From an uncultured delta proteobacterium (GTDB lineage: Bacteria; Myxococcota; Myxococcia; Myxococcales; Anaeromyxobacteraceae): 64,000 nt of DNA. Positions 40,701-50,079 of this stretch are shown here, in pieces (the stretch's first letter is position 1; every line of letters starts with the position of its first letter). Below the pieces are notes generated by a model. That model did not search any database and had not been told where the DNA came from. It was given only the letters and a program-made list of their open reading frames with translations. The translations under genes were made by a program, and so were the position numbers. Location of the stretch: positions 128,001-192,000 of the forward strand of contig CAWJSR010000023.1 of the NCBI GenBank assembly GCA_963845515.1. Reading direction: 5' to 3'.

Positions 40701-41692
40701 GCGACACCGGCCTCGCAGCTCGACGCTCTCCAGCGCCCGAGGTGGGCGAGCGCTCCCCCTCACCCAGCCTCTCCCCCGCGGGAGCGGGGGAGAGGGGTGG
40801 TCCGCTCGTTGGCGAGTGGGCTCCATGCGGGGCTCCCCGGCCGCGTCTGCTGCGCGCCACGGAGGATCCGCCCTGGGTGCGCCGGGGGCTGATCGGCGGG
40901 GCGCTCGTCTTCCTCGCCGCCTTCATCTTCGTCCCGGCGGCCGCGGTGCTCTACGAGGCGCTCAAGGGCGGCACGGCGCTCTGGCTAGAGGCCCTCCGCG
41001 ATCCGGACGCGCTCTCGGCGATAAAGCTCACGCTGACCGTGGCCGCGATCTCGGTGCCGCTCAATACGCTCTTCGGCCTCGCGGCGGCCTGGTCGGTGAC
41101 GCGGTTCCGCTACCGCGGAAAGAACCTGCTTGTCTCCCTGATAGACCTCCCCTTCGGCGTCTCGCCGGTGATCTCCGGCATGGTGACCATCCTCCTCTTC
41201 GGCGCGCACGGCTGGTTCGGCCCGTGGCTCATCGAGCACGGCTACAAGATCGTCTTCGCCGTGCCAGGGATCGCCCTCGCCACGGTCTTCGTCACCTTCC
41301 CCTTCGTGGCGCGCGAGCTGATCCCGTTCATGGAGGCGCAGGGGCTCGAGGAGGAGGAGGCAGCGCACGTCCTCGGCGCGAGCGGCTGGCAGATCTTCAC
41401 TCGCGTCACGCTCCCGAACATCAAGTGGAGCCTCCTCTACGGCGTGATCCTCTGCAACGCCAGGGCGATGGGTGAGTTCGGCGCGGTCTCGGTGGTCTCT
41501 GGCCACATCCGCGGCGAGACCAACACCATCCCGCTTCACGTCGAGATCCTCTACAGCGAGTACCAGTTCCAGGCGGCCTTCGCCGTCGCATCCCTCCTCT
41601 TCCTCCTGGCGCTCGGCACGGTCGTCGTGAAGAAGGCGCTCGAGTGGAAGCAGGAGGCGGAACGCGCAGCCGCCAAACGGAGCAGCACATGA
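40697..41692 (+). CDS. cysW: Sulfate ABC permease CysW
   Basis: [41 protein letters not shown]. Confidence 0.94.
   Translation: MSDTGLAARRSPAPEVGERSPSPSLSPAGAGERGGPLVGEWAPCGAPRPRLLRATEDPPWVRRGLIGGALVFLAAFIFVPAAAVLYEALKGGTALWLEALRDPDALSAIKLTLTVAAISVPLNTLFGLAAAWSVTRFRYRGKNLLVSLIDLPFGVSPVISGMVTILLFGAHGWFGPWLIEHGYKIVFAVPGIALATVFVTFPFVARELIPFMEAQGLEEEEAAHVLGASGWQIFTRVTLPNIKWSLLYGVILCNARAMGEFGAVSVVSGHIRGETNTIPLHVEILYSEYQFQAAFAVASLLFLLALGTVVVKKALEWKQEAERAAAKRSST
40755..40796 (+). repeat. 42-bp REP-like hairpin repeat in the cysW 5' end
   Basis: Identical to 39800-39841. Confidence 0.85.
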
Positions 41693-42765
41693 GCATCGCC
41701 ATCCGCGACATCCAGAAGTCCTTCGACGGCAACCAGGTCCTCCGCGACGTGTCGCTGGAGATCCCGGAGGGGGAGCTGGTAGCGCTGCTCGGGCCGTCGG
41801 GCTGCGGGAAGACGACCCTCCTCAGGATCATCGCCGGGCTCGAGCAGCCGGACGCCGGGGACGTGCTCCACTCGGGTGAGAGCCTCTCTGCCCGGTCGGC
41901 GCGCGAGCGGAACGTCGGCGTCGTCTTCCAGCACTACGCCCTCTTCCGTCACATGACCGTCGAGGAGAACGTGGCCTTCGCCCTCCGGGTCCGGAAGGCC
42001 CCGCCGGCGGCGGTCAGGGCCCGTGTCGGCGAGCTGCTCAGCCTCGTCCAGCTGGACAACTACCGCTCCCGATACCCGCACCAGCTCTCTGGCGGGCAGC
42101 GGCAGCGCGTGGCGCTCGCCCGCGCGCTCGCGACGGAGCCCAGGATGCTGCTGCTCGACGAGCCGTTCGGCGCGCTCGACGCGCGCGTACGGGACGAGCT
42201 ACGCCGCTGGCTGCGCAGGCTCCACGACGAGCTGCATGTGACCAGCATCTTCGTCACCCACGACCAGGAGGAGGCCTTCGAGGTGGCCGACCGGATCGTC
42301 CTGATGAACGCCGGGAAGATCGAGCAGGTCGGCAGCCCGTCACAGGTCTTCGAGAACCCGGCCACTCCGTTCGTCATGCGCTTCCTGGGGGCGGTCAACG
42401 TCTTCCAGGGGCGCGTGGAGGGGGAGCGGGCCGTCGTGAACGACCTGGTCTTCGCCGTCCCTGGCGCGGCACCGAGGTCTCGCGCCCACGTCTACGTTCG
42501 TCCACACGAGATCGAGATCCACCGCGCCGCGGTCCCCGGCAGCTTCGCGGCCCGCGTGAACCGGCTCGTTCCGCTCGGCGCTGCGATCCGCGTCGAGCTC
42601 TCGGCGCCGGGCTATGGCGACGGCGTGGAGGTGGAGCTCGACCTGCCGCGCAGCGAGGCGCTGGCCCTCGCCTCCGGGGACCAGGTCCACCTCTCGCCGC
42701 GTCGCGCCCGGGTCTTCCCGGTGCGCGAGGGCGAGGTGGACAGCCTCACCTCCAGCGCTCTCTAG
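41689..42765 (+). CDS. cysA: Sulfate ABC ATPase CysA
   Basis: [30 protein letters not shown]-terminal TOBE region. Confidence 0.94.
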   Translation: MSIAIRDIQKSFDGNQVLRDVSLEIPEGELVALLGPSGCGKTTLLRIIAGLEQPDAGDVLHSGESLSARSARERNVGVVFQHYALFRHMTVEENVAFALRVRKAPPAAVRARVGELLSLVQLDNYRSRYPHQLSGGQRQRVALARALATEPRMLLLDEPFGALDARVRDELRRWLRRLHDELHVTSIFVTHDQEEAFEVADRIVLMNAGKIEQVGSPSQVFENPATPFVMRFLGAVNVFQGRVEGERAVVNDLVFAVPGAAPRSRAHVYVRPHEIEIHRAAVPGSFAARVNRLVPLGAAIRVELSAPGYGDGVEVELDLPRSEALALASGDQVHLSPRRARVFPVREGEVDSLTSSAL

Positions 42766-42888
42766 GCGGTCGAGCCTTCGACCGGCCGCTGGCCGGTCGT
42801 CCGGAGCCGAGCCTGCCCCCGGGGGAGGGGCGGGCATCGCGGCGTCGCGCCGAAGTCCAGCGATCTCCGCAGCCGAGCCGCTCCGGCA

Positions 42889-42969
42889 TCCGTCGCAACG
42901 GACAAACCTCCGCTGCCGCTTGACATCCAAGGCGTGCCGTGAAATGAGAAGGGCATCCGCCATAACGGA
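42889..42969 (+). promoter_or_regulatory. sbp promoter flanked by two palindromic operators
   Basis: TCCGTCGCAACGGA (42889-902), TTGACA (42920-25), TCCGCCATAACGGA (42956-69). Confidence 0.72.
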
Positions 42970-43011
42970 CGACGCGCCGGACGGACCGGCCGCAGGAGGA
43001 GGAGAGAAGCC

Positions 43012-44049
43012 ATGAAGTTCCCGACGAGAAGGATCGCGCTCTTCGCGGCCGCGCTGGCCGCGGCCGGCGCGGGGCTGGCGCCGGCGCCCGGCGTGAGGGC
43101 CGCCGAGCCCGGCGAGGTGACGCTGCTCAACGTGTCGTACGACCCGACCCGTGAGCTCTACGAGGAGTTCAACGCGGCCTTCGCGAAGCACTGGAAGGCG
43201 ACCACCGGACAGTCCCTCAAGGTCAGGCAGTCGCACGGCGGCTCGGGCAAGCAGGCGCGCGCCGTGATCGACGGGCTCGAGGCAGACATCGTGACCCTGG
43301 CGCTCGCCTGGGACATCGGCGCGGTGGCGAAGGCCGGCTTCCTGGCTGCCGACTGGCAGAAGCGGCTGCCACAGAACGCGTCTCCGTACACGTCGACCAT
43401 CGTCTTCCTCGTCCGGACCGGCAACCCGAAGGGGATCAAGGACTGGGACGACCTCGTGAAGCCTGCCGTCCAGGTGATCACGCCCAACCCCAAGACCTCC
43501 GGCGGCGCGCGCTGGAACTACCTCGCGGCGTGGGCCCACGCGAAGTCGAAGAAGGGCGGCACCGACGCCACGGCGCAGGAGTTCGTGAGGGCGCTCTTCA
43601 AGAACGTCCCGGTCCTCGACTCGGGCGCTCGCGGCTCCACCACGACCTTCGTCGAGCGCGGCATCGGCGACGTCCTGCTCGCCTGGGAGAACGAGGCGTA
43701 CCTGGCCGTCCAGGAGCTCGGGAAGGGCAAGTTCGAGATCGTCGTCCCCAAGTCCAGCATCCTCGCCGAGCCTCCCGTCGCCGTCGTCGACAAGGTCGTC
43801 GACCGGCGCGGCACGCGCGCGGTGGCCGAGGCGTACCTGAGGTTCCTGTACACGGAGCAGGGCCAGGAGATCGCGGCGAAGAACCACTACCGCCCGCGCG
43901 ATCCGAAGGTCGCCAAGCGTCACGCCGGCGAGTTCACGCAGGTGAAGCTCTTCACAATCGACGAGGCCTTCGGGGGCTGGGACAAGGCGCAGGCCGCCCA
44001 CTTCTCCGACGGCGGCGTCTTCGACCAGATCTACACACCGGGAAAGTGA
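43012..44049 (+). CDS. sbp: Sulfate-binding periplasmic protein
   Basis: [52 protein letters not shown]. Confidence 0.96.
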   Translation: MKFPTRRIALFAAALAAAGAGLAPAPGVRAAEPGEVTLLNVSYDPTRELYEEFNAAFAKHWKATTGQSLKVRQSHGGSGKQARAVIDGLEADIVTLALAWDIGAVAKAGFLAADWQKRLPQNASPYTSTIVFLVRTGNPKGIKDWDDLVKPAVQVITPNPKTSGGARWNYLAAWAHAKSKKGGTDATAQEFVRALFKNVPVLDSGARGSTTTFVERGIGDVLLAWENEAYLAVQELGKGKFEIVVPKSSILAEPPVAVVDKVVDRRGTRAVAEAYLRFLYTEQGQEIAAKNHYRPRDPKVAKRHAGEFTQVKLFTIDEAFGGWDKAQAAHFSDGGVFDQIYTPGK

Positions 44050-44054
44050 TCACC

Positions 44055-45506
44055 ATGAGAACGTACCTCTCGAAGACCCTCTGCAGCGCCGCAGCCGCGG
44101 CGTTCATCCTCTCCACGGCTCCCGCCACGGCCCAGGAGGCCGCCGCGACTGCCGGTGCGGCGCCTGCCGCCGCTGCCGCACCGGCGGCTGCTCCTGCGCC
44201 AGTTGCCACTTCCGTTCCTGCACCTGCACCTGCACCTGCACCGGCACCGAAGGCCGGCGTGACCGTCTACGGGACGCTCAACCTCAACTTCCAGCTCACC
44301 CAGGCCAAGGGCGCGACGAAGGCCGCCGACAGCGTCCAGGAGAGGAACGCAGTCTCCACGGACTCGTCCAACGTAGGCGTGAAGGCGCAGGCCGAGGTCG
44401 TCGGTGGGCTCAACGTCCTCGCCCAGTGCGAGACGAGCGCCGCAGTCGACGGAATCGGCACCTCGGGCATCTGCGGTCGCAACAGCCGGGTCGGCGTCTC
44501 CAGCCCGTACGGCACGCTCTTCTTCGGAAACTGGGACACGCCGTTCAAGACCGCCACGGGCGGGACCAAGGTGGACGATCCGTTCCAGAGCACCGACGTC
44601 TTCGGGTACCAGAGCCTCGCTGGCAGCGCCGGCTTCAACTACAAGAGCGCCGCCGGAATCTCGGCGGCAGGCGGCGCGCCGGACACCACGGCCGCGTATC
44701 CTGCCGGCTCGGTGGTGAATGGCTTCGACGTGCGCGCCGGGAACAGCGTCGCGTACCACTCTCCGAAGGTCGCCGGCGCGTCCGTGAAGCTCCAGTACTC
44801 GGCCTCCGAGTTCGCGAGCGCAGACGGCACGCTCGTCCCGCAGCTCTTCAGTGCCGGCGTCAACTACGAGTGGAACGGTCTCTCGCTCCTCGCGGCCTAC
44901 GAGCGCCACGACGACTACTATGGCCTCGCAGGCATCAACGTCGCGGACAAGAAGAGCACGGCGGCGGGCGCCGCGGATCCGGAGACGCTCGCCCCCAAGA
45001 GCGCCGCGTTCGGCGCGAGCTCGCCCCAACACCGCGACCCACAGCTCGGTCGACTGGGCGTGGCGCGCTGGCGCCGGCTACCAGCTCGACACGCTGGCGG
45101 GCGCGACCACCATCGGCGTCCTCGTCGACCAGCTGACCTTCGGTCAGGAGAACGCGGTCGCAGGCGCCGTCGAGGAGTACAAGCGGCTCGCCTGGCAGGT
45201 CTCTGCCAAGCACCGCTACGGCGACCACGAGCTGCGCGCGCGCTTCAACGTCGCTGGCGCGGCGACGCGAAGCTGGTGGGCGGCGCGGCTGCGTCCACGG
45301 AAGGCTACGGCGCGAAGCAGGTCACCGCCGGCTACGCCTACCACCTCTCGAAGACGGCGCAGGCCTACCTGTCCTTCACCCGGATCGTGAACGAGAAGAA
45401 CGCCCAGTACACGCCCACCGTCGCGGGCGCGGCCGCCGTGGCGGGCAAGACCCCGAAGGGCGCTGACCCGCAGGCGCTGGGGCTCGGCATCCGATACTCG
45501 TTCTAA
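44055..45506 (+). CDS. Gram-negative porin (compensating indels near 45030 and 45260)
   Basis: Signal peptide, VTVYGTLN, RNSRVG...GTLFFGNWDTPFK, YHLSKT, C-terminal GIRYSF. Confidence 0.85.
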   Translation: MRTYLSKTLCSAAAAAFILSTAPATAQEAAATAGAAPAAAAAPAAAPAPVATSVPAPAPAPAPAPKAGVTVYGTLNLNFQLTQAKGATKAADSVQERNAVSTDSSNVGVKAQAEVVGGLNVLAQCETSAAVDGIGTSGICGRNSRVGVSSPYGTLFFGNWDTPFKTATGGTKVDDPFQSTDVFGYQSLAGSAGFNYKSAAGISAAGGAPDTTAAYPAGSVVNGFDVRAGNSVAYHSPKVAGASVKLQYSASEFASADGTLVPQLFSAGVNYEWNGLSLLAAYERHDDYYGLAGINVADKKSTAAGAADPETLAPKSAAFGASSPQHRDPQLGRLGVARWRRLPARHAGGRDHHRRPRRPADLRSGERGRRRRRGVQAARLAGLCQAPLRRPRAARALQRRWRGDAKLVGGAAASTEGYGAKQVTAGYAYHLSKTAQAYLSFTRIVNEKNAQYTPTVAGAAAVAGKTPKGADPQALGLGIRYSF

Positions 45507-45513
45507 GCGGGGA

Positions 45514-45571
45514 GAGCAGGTGCGAGCGCCGTTCGGTTCCTCCTCCGGGGGGGCCGGGCGGCGCTCTGCTC
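45514..45571. terminator. Long GC-rich hairpin between convergent genes
   Basis: GAGCGCCGTTCGGTTCCTCC...GGGGGGGCCGGGCGGCGCTC inverted repeat (G-U pairs on the + transcript) right after the porin stop. Confidence 0.5.
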
Positions 45572-45584
45572 GTCTCCGGCCGGT

Positions 45585-46637
45585 TCAGTCGTACAGCGAG
45601 AGCAGCCGCTCCGCCGCCCGCGCCGCGCCTTCGAGGTCCGGCTTCGGCGGCATCGTGCGGGTGAGCACGCTCCGGATCGCGTCGCCGATCCGTCCCGCCC
45701 GCAGGTCTTCGTTGCCGACGTGGACGCAGGCGAGGTGCTGCGCCATCTCCGCCACCATGATCGGGTACTCGGGGAAGTCGCCGCGCTCCGTGTAGACGAG
45801 CCGCGTCCCCGCCGCGATGGCGTCGGTCACGATCCCGTAGCCGGGCTTCGTGACGACCGCGTCCACCGCGCCGACGACGTCGGGGTAGTGGAGCCCCAGC
45901 GCGTCGAGCCGGTCGGTCTCCAGATCCTCCGGATACAGGAAGCGGAAGCCCGCCTCGCGCACGAGGACGGCCGGAGTCAGCCCCGGCAGCCCGATCCCGC
46001 CGAAGGAGACGAGCACAGCGGGGCGGTCGTCGAGCCCGAGCCGGCGCCTGGCGTCGGCCCGCTCCACGCGCGGCCGGCGCGCGACGAACCCCACCTGCTC
46101 GCGCTCGCGGAAGGCGGACAGGTCGCCCGCGAAGGGCAGCTCCAGCAGCAGCGCCGCGTTCCCGTAGGCCCGGGCGGCACGCCCCGCCGATGGCGCGAAC
46201 GCGGGCTGGCGTCCCGACAGGTGCCGGTAGATCCAGTCCCAGGAGAAGTTGCTCATCCCCACGGCGGGGACGCCGGCGCGCGCGGCCGCGTCGAACGGGA
46301 GCGCGGGGATGTCGGCGACGACGAGCCTCGCGCCAGAGCTCCTGAGGAAGTCCACCTCGACGGCGACCCGCTCGTCCCAGGTCGCGTCGAGCGCCGCGCA
46401 GCGGGCGGCGCTCGCCGGCTCGTCGATCTCGAGGGCGTCGCGCTGCACGAGCCCGACGTCGGTCGCGACCGCGCGGAACGCGAGCGGGCCGGGGACGGCG
46501 CGCCGAACGAGCCGCTCGGGCAGGGTCCCCACGAAGGTGATGGGCAGCGACGGCGCGCGCTCGCGGACCGCGCGCAGCACCTCGCAGAGCCGCGTCATGT
46601 GGCCGAAGCCGTGGCCGGTGGCGTAGGCGACGAGCAT
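45585..46637 (-). CDS. GT-B fold glycosyltransferase-like protein (L-arabinokinase N-domain-like)
   Basis: TGHGFGHMTR, NFSWDWIY, VSFGG, TKPGYGIV, RGDFPE. Confidence 0.8.
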   Translation of the reverse strand: MLVAYATGHGFGHMTRLCEVLRAVRERAPSLPITFVGTLPERLVRRAVPGPLAFRAVATDVGLVQRDALEIDEPASAARCAALDATWDERVAVEVDFLRSSGARLVVADIPALPFDAAARAGVPAVGMSNFSWDWIYRHLSGRQPAFAPSAGRAARAYGNAALLLELPFAGDLSAFREREQVGFVARRPRVERADARRRLGLDDRPAVLVSFGGIGLPGLTPAVLVREAGFRFLYPEDLETDRLDALGLHYPDVVGAVDAVVTKPGYGIVTDAIAAGTRLVYTERGDFPEYPIMVAEMAQHLACVHVGNEDLRAGRIGDAIRSVLTRTMPPKPDLEGAARAAERLLSLYD

Positions 46638-46722
46638 CCCGCGCGCATTCTCGCACGGTCTCCTCGCGCGGCGCGCGCGGCTGTGGTCTCCTTGATGGCC
46701 CTGGAGCGAGGCCCTGACCGAC

Positions 46723-47328
46723 GTGACAGCCACCCCGCTGCTCTTCTCGCTCACCGGCTTTGGCTGAGGTCCTGTCGAAGGGTTCGGTTGAGGAACCGCC
46801 CTCGCGCCCGTGCTGGCGCGGATCGAGTCGGTGGAAGGGGTCGAGTGGGCCGCGGTCGAGGCGACGGGGCGCTTCCTCGCCGTGCGTCCGCGCGCTGGCG
46901 CCGCTGTCGAGCTGGTGGCCGCCGACGTCGAGCGGAGGCTCGGCGGGCGCGGGCGGCGCGCGGGCGACGCGCTGGCGCGGGCGCAGCTGGCGGCGCACTC
47001 GCGCGGCGACCCCTGGTTCACCGCGAAGGAGGCGCACGCCCTCTCGTACATCGAGGGGCGGCTGGTCGCCGTCCACGCGGCCGCGATGGTCGCCGGGGAG
47101 CTCGGGCTCGGGAGCGGCGCGCAGGAGGCTCTCGCGGAGGCCGTGCGGGAGGTCTTCTTCGGCGTGCTCGAGCGCGTGCACGCCGAGGGCGGGCGCGAGT
47201 CGAGCGGCTGGTTCTACGCGGAGTGGCCGCGGATCGCGGCGGCCGTCGCCGCGCGGATGGCGGTCGAGGTCCCGGACGCCGCCGCGCTCTCCGCGCGGCT
47301 CGCGGCCTGCTACGCGCGCCCACCGTAG
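46723..47328 (+). CDS. Putative selenoprotein with two Sec residues (U-x7-U) in an N-terminal HMA-like domain
   Basis: GTG 46723 reads MTATPLLFSLTGFG-U-GPVEGFG-U-GTALAP in frame with ORF 46810-47328; TGA at 46765 and 46789, each followed by a SECIS-like hairpin. Confidence 0.7.
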
Positions 47329-47344
47329 CAGCGCCGCCCTGCCT

Positions 47345-47641
47345 CTACCCGCAGCACCCGCCGCCGTCGTCGCAGCCGCAGGAGGGGCTGGCGCTCCCGC
47401 CTCGCAGCGCGGCCTTCGTGAGGGCGGCCGCGCAGCCGACACCGGCCTCCACGGTGATGGCGCCAGTCGCGCAGTTGCGCTGGCAAGCTCCACACTCCAT
47501 GCAGCGATCACCGTCGACGAGCGCCGCGCGCCGGTCGCTCAAGACGAAGACGCCGTGCGGGCACACGTCAGCGCAGCGGCCGCAGCCGTTGCAGCGCGCC
47601 GGGGTGTAGCGGAGGGTGGTGACGCCTGACAGGTACCTCAT
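47345..47641 (-). CDS. hgcB: Mercury methylation ferredoxin HgcB
   Basis: CNGCGRCADVCP, CMECGACQRNC, GVGCA, Cys-rich tail SCGC...CCG; start overlaps the hgcA stop. Confidence 0.93.
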   Translation of the reverse strand: MRYLSGVTTLRYTPARCNGCGRCADVCPHGVFVLSDRRAALVDGDRCMECGACQRNCATGAITVEAGVGCAAALTKAALRGGSASPSCGCDDGGGCCG

Positions 47642-48714
47642 CGCGCCCCCCCGGCGCCGAGCACGTGCGACGCCACGAGGACCAGGGCGATCGCCACCGC
47701 GGCGGCCTGGAGCGGCACCGCCCAGCGCATCTCCTTCCGCACCCCCGAGATCCCGGTGAAGGTGGTCGAGCCCGTGAACTGGAGCGTCAGGTAGGAGCTC
47801 AGGGCCGGGAAGAAGAGCATCGCCGCGAGCGCGACGAGCGGCGCGCGGGTCGCCGGACCGGGGAGCAGCGCCAGCGTCGCCGCGGTCACCGGAGCCCCCG
47901 CGGCGAGCCCCTTCACCGAGAAGGCCCGGCCCGGGAGGAACGGCAGCGCGAGCGGCGCCACGGCGGCGCCTGCGAGGATCGCCGTGAGCGTGAGCGCCAG
48001 GATCGGCGCGGCGCGCGACCAGGCCCCGGCGAGGCCGACGCCGAACGCGAGGAGTGCCAGCGCGACCGCGGCAAACACCGCGTACCACTTCAGCGCGGGC
48101 ATGAGCTCCATGGGGAAGAGGGCAGCCCGATCGAGCAGCCCGAAGCGGACTCGGCGCATCTCGGGCGAGGCGACGCGCCCCGCCCGCAGGTACTCGGGGA
48201 GGTCGTCGGCGCGGACCGGACCGAAGTGGACCCGGAAGCCGGTCGCGCACTGCACCTCGTGGGCGGCGACCCCGGGGGCGCCCAGCTGCGGGACGATCAG
48301 CCTGCGGTGGTCGACGACCCGAACCAGCGAGACCGCGCCGACTCGGTGCACCAGCTCCGCCGTTCCGAAGGTCCCCTTGCCGGCGGCGCACCAGACGTTG
48401 ACGCCGCGCGTGTCGAGGACGAGGAGCCACGCGTCGAGCCCGCGGAGGGCGCGGCGGACGACGTCGAAGGTGAGGCCGTAGTTGGCCGTTACGACGACCT
48501 CGGAGTCGCGTCCGGGGTCGCCGACGGCGTACAGGCCCGGCGGCCGCCGATTCCGGTTACGGAACGATCCGAGGCGGCAACGCACGTGCTCCAGTCGATC
48601 GCGCCAGGTCCACGTGGACGGCACGCGAGGAATCATCCCTGCGTCGGTCCGCACCATCCCCTCGACGTATCGTGGCGCCGGTCCCCCCGCGCAGCCGCAG
48701 CCTGATCCGCTCAT
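47638..48714 (-). CDS. hgcA: Mercury methylation corrinoid protein HgcA
   Basis: Cap-helix GVNVWCAAGKGTFG, PGLYAVG, TANY, PQLGAPGV, C-terminal TMs with FTGSTTFT..SGV. Confidence 0.95.
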   Translation of the reverse strand: MSGSGCGCAGGPAPRYVEGMVRTDAGMIPRVPSTWTWRDRLEHVRCRLGSFRNRNRRPPGLYAVGDPGRDSEVVVTANYGLTFDVVRRALRGLDAWLLVLDTRGVNVWCAAGKGTFGTAELVHRVGAVSLVRVVDHRRLIVPQLGAPGVAAHEVQCATGFRVHFGPVRADDLPEYLRAGRVASPEMRRVRFGLLDRAALFPMELMPALKWYAVFAAVALALLAFGVGLAGAWSRAAPILALTLTAILAGAAVAPLALPFLPGRAFSVKGLAAGAPVTAATLALLPGPATRAPLVALAAMLFFPALSSYLTLQFTGSTTFTGISGVRKEMRWAVPLQAAAVAIALVLVASHVLGAGGAR

Positions 48715-49526
48715 GCCCGTGCCTCCGGCCGCGTCGCCCAGTAGAGTGCGTACCCGAGCTTCCCCGCCAGCACCGCCCCGTAGAACTCACGTTCGTTCTC
48801 CAGCGCCTTCCATACGCCCCGCGGGCCGTACCGCCGAAGGACGCGTGCGACGGTCCGGAGCCGCTCGCCCAGCGTGAGGACGGAGCCGGGACCGCGCACG
48901 ACCCGATCCTTTCGCACCGTCCAGAACATCTCCGGGTTCGACCAGGGCTCGGCCTCGCTCCTGATCTCCTCCGCACCGGCGCGGCGCAGCATCTCCTGCC
49001 AGTGGGCGGGTTCGAGTGGCGTGGTGCCGTATCGGTCGGAGAGCTCCGCCTTCTCGTCGGCGTCGAGCGCCATGCGCCAGGTGGACTCGTGGATCACGAC
49101 GGCGCCGCCGGGGCGGACCACGCGCAGCATCTCGTTCAGCACCGCTTGCGAGTCGTCGGGGATGCCGACCGCGCACTCGTTGATCACCGCATCGAAGGCC
49201 GCGTCGGGGAAGGGGAGCCGCTGCGAGTCCGCGACCTCGAAGCGGACCCTGTCGGACAGGCCGGCCTCCGCGGCGCGCGCCGACGCCGCCCGGACCATCT
49301 CGTCGGAGAGGTCGATGCCGGTGACGTCCACACCGAACTCCCTGGCGTAGAAGATGGCCTGCGTGCCGCGGCCACTGGAGACGTCGAGCACCCGCATTCC
49401 CGGCGCGAGGCGAGCGACCTCTCCCGTCCGTCGGCTCAGCTCCAGTCCGCCCGGGTGGAGGGTCTCGATGCCGCTGAGCTCGATCAGTCGCTCGATGGTC
49501 GGTTCGTGTCGTTCGCTCCGCCTCAT
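48711..49526 (-). CDS. Class I SAM-dependent methyltransferase
   Basis: LHPGG, VLDVSSGRG, GIDLS, LPFPDAAFD, RVVRPGG; translationally coupled to arsR and hgcA. Confidence 0.88.
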   Translation of the reverse strand: MRRSERHEPTIERLIELSGIETLHPGGLELSRRTGEVARLAPGMRVLDVSSGRGTQAIFYAREFGVDVTGIDLSDEMVRAASARAAEAGLSDRVRFEVADSQRLPFPDAAFDAVINECAVGIPDDSQAVLNEMLRVVRPGGAVVIHESTWRMALDADEKAELSDRYGTTPLEPAHWQEMLRRAGAEEIRSEAEPWSNPEMFWTVRKDRVVRGPGSVLTLGERLRTVARVLRRYGPRGVWKALENEREFYGAVLAGKLGYALYWATRPEARA

Positions 49527-49906
49527 GTCGTCCCTCCCCGTGATGAAGCCGGCTTCGTGGCGATCCCGCTCTCCTTCAGTTCAACGTTCGGCGCGCAGGC
49601 CTCCTCCAGCGCGTCCGCCAGGTTCCTGAGGACGGCGGCGAGCGCCGTCGCGCGCACCCGGTAGAAGACCTCCTTGCCCTGCTTGCGCGCCTCGATGGCG
49701 CCGGCGTCGCGCAGGATCCGCAGGTGGCGCGAGACGACCGAGAGGTCGACGGTGCAGCAGGCGCCGAGGCCGGAGACGGTTCTCTCGCCTCCGCCGTCCG
49801 CCAGAAACGCGAGCAGCGCGAGGCGGGTGGGGTCGCCAAGGGCCTTGAACAGCGCCGGCGAGAGCCAGCGCTGGAGGTTGGGACAGCAGCTCGAGGAACC
49901 GACCAT
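49523..49906 (-). CDS. arsR: ArsR/SmtB-family regulator
   Basis: FKALGDPTRL, SVVSRHLRILRDAG, GKEVFY; two CC pairs. Confidence 0.88.
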   Translation of the reverse strand: MVGSSSCCPNLQRWLSPALFKALGDPTRLALLAFLADGGGERTVSGLGACCTVDLSVVSRHLRILRDAGAIEARKQGKEVFYRVRATALAAVLRNLADALEEACAPNVELKESGIATKPASSRGGTT

Positions 49907-49924
49907 GGCGTTACGGTAGCACGG

Positions 49925-49940
49925 TTGCGTCGTTATGCAA
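49925..49940. promoter_or_regulatory. Inverted repeat upstream of arsR (candidate ArsR operator)
   Basis: TTGCGT-CGTT-ATGCAA (TTGCRT-N4-AYGCAA), 18 nt from the arsR start. Confidence 0.45.
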
Positions 49941-50079
49941 ACAGACTGGGTTAGCTCGTATATACGGGGCATTGCGAGCTGAGTTTCGTGAGGACTCGAC
50001 AAGTGAGGCTAATCCATACTAATTCGATAGGGAACGGGACCCGCGCAGGGCGGGGGCCCATCGCCCGGGAAGCTCCAGC

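Noticed and set aside
44140..44250. GCACCT tandem repeats as a contingency locus or CRISPR
   Set aside because: They are in-frame hexamers encoding a Pro/Ala linker of the porin. No repeat-spacer array or cas gene was seen in the window.
48711..49526. Calling the methyltransferase ArsM
   Set aside because: It has only one Cys, so the multiple catalytic Cys of ArsM are absent.
49941..50079. AT-rich stretch (ATCCATACTAATTCGATAGGGAA) as an Rrf2-type operator or riboswitch before the CBS gene
   Set aside because: It is a single weakly symmetric instance with no second copy in the window.
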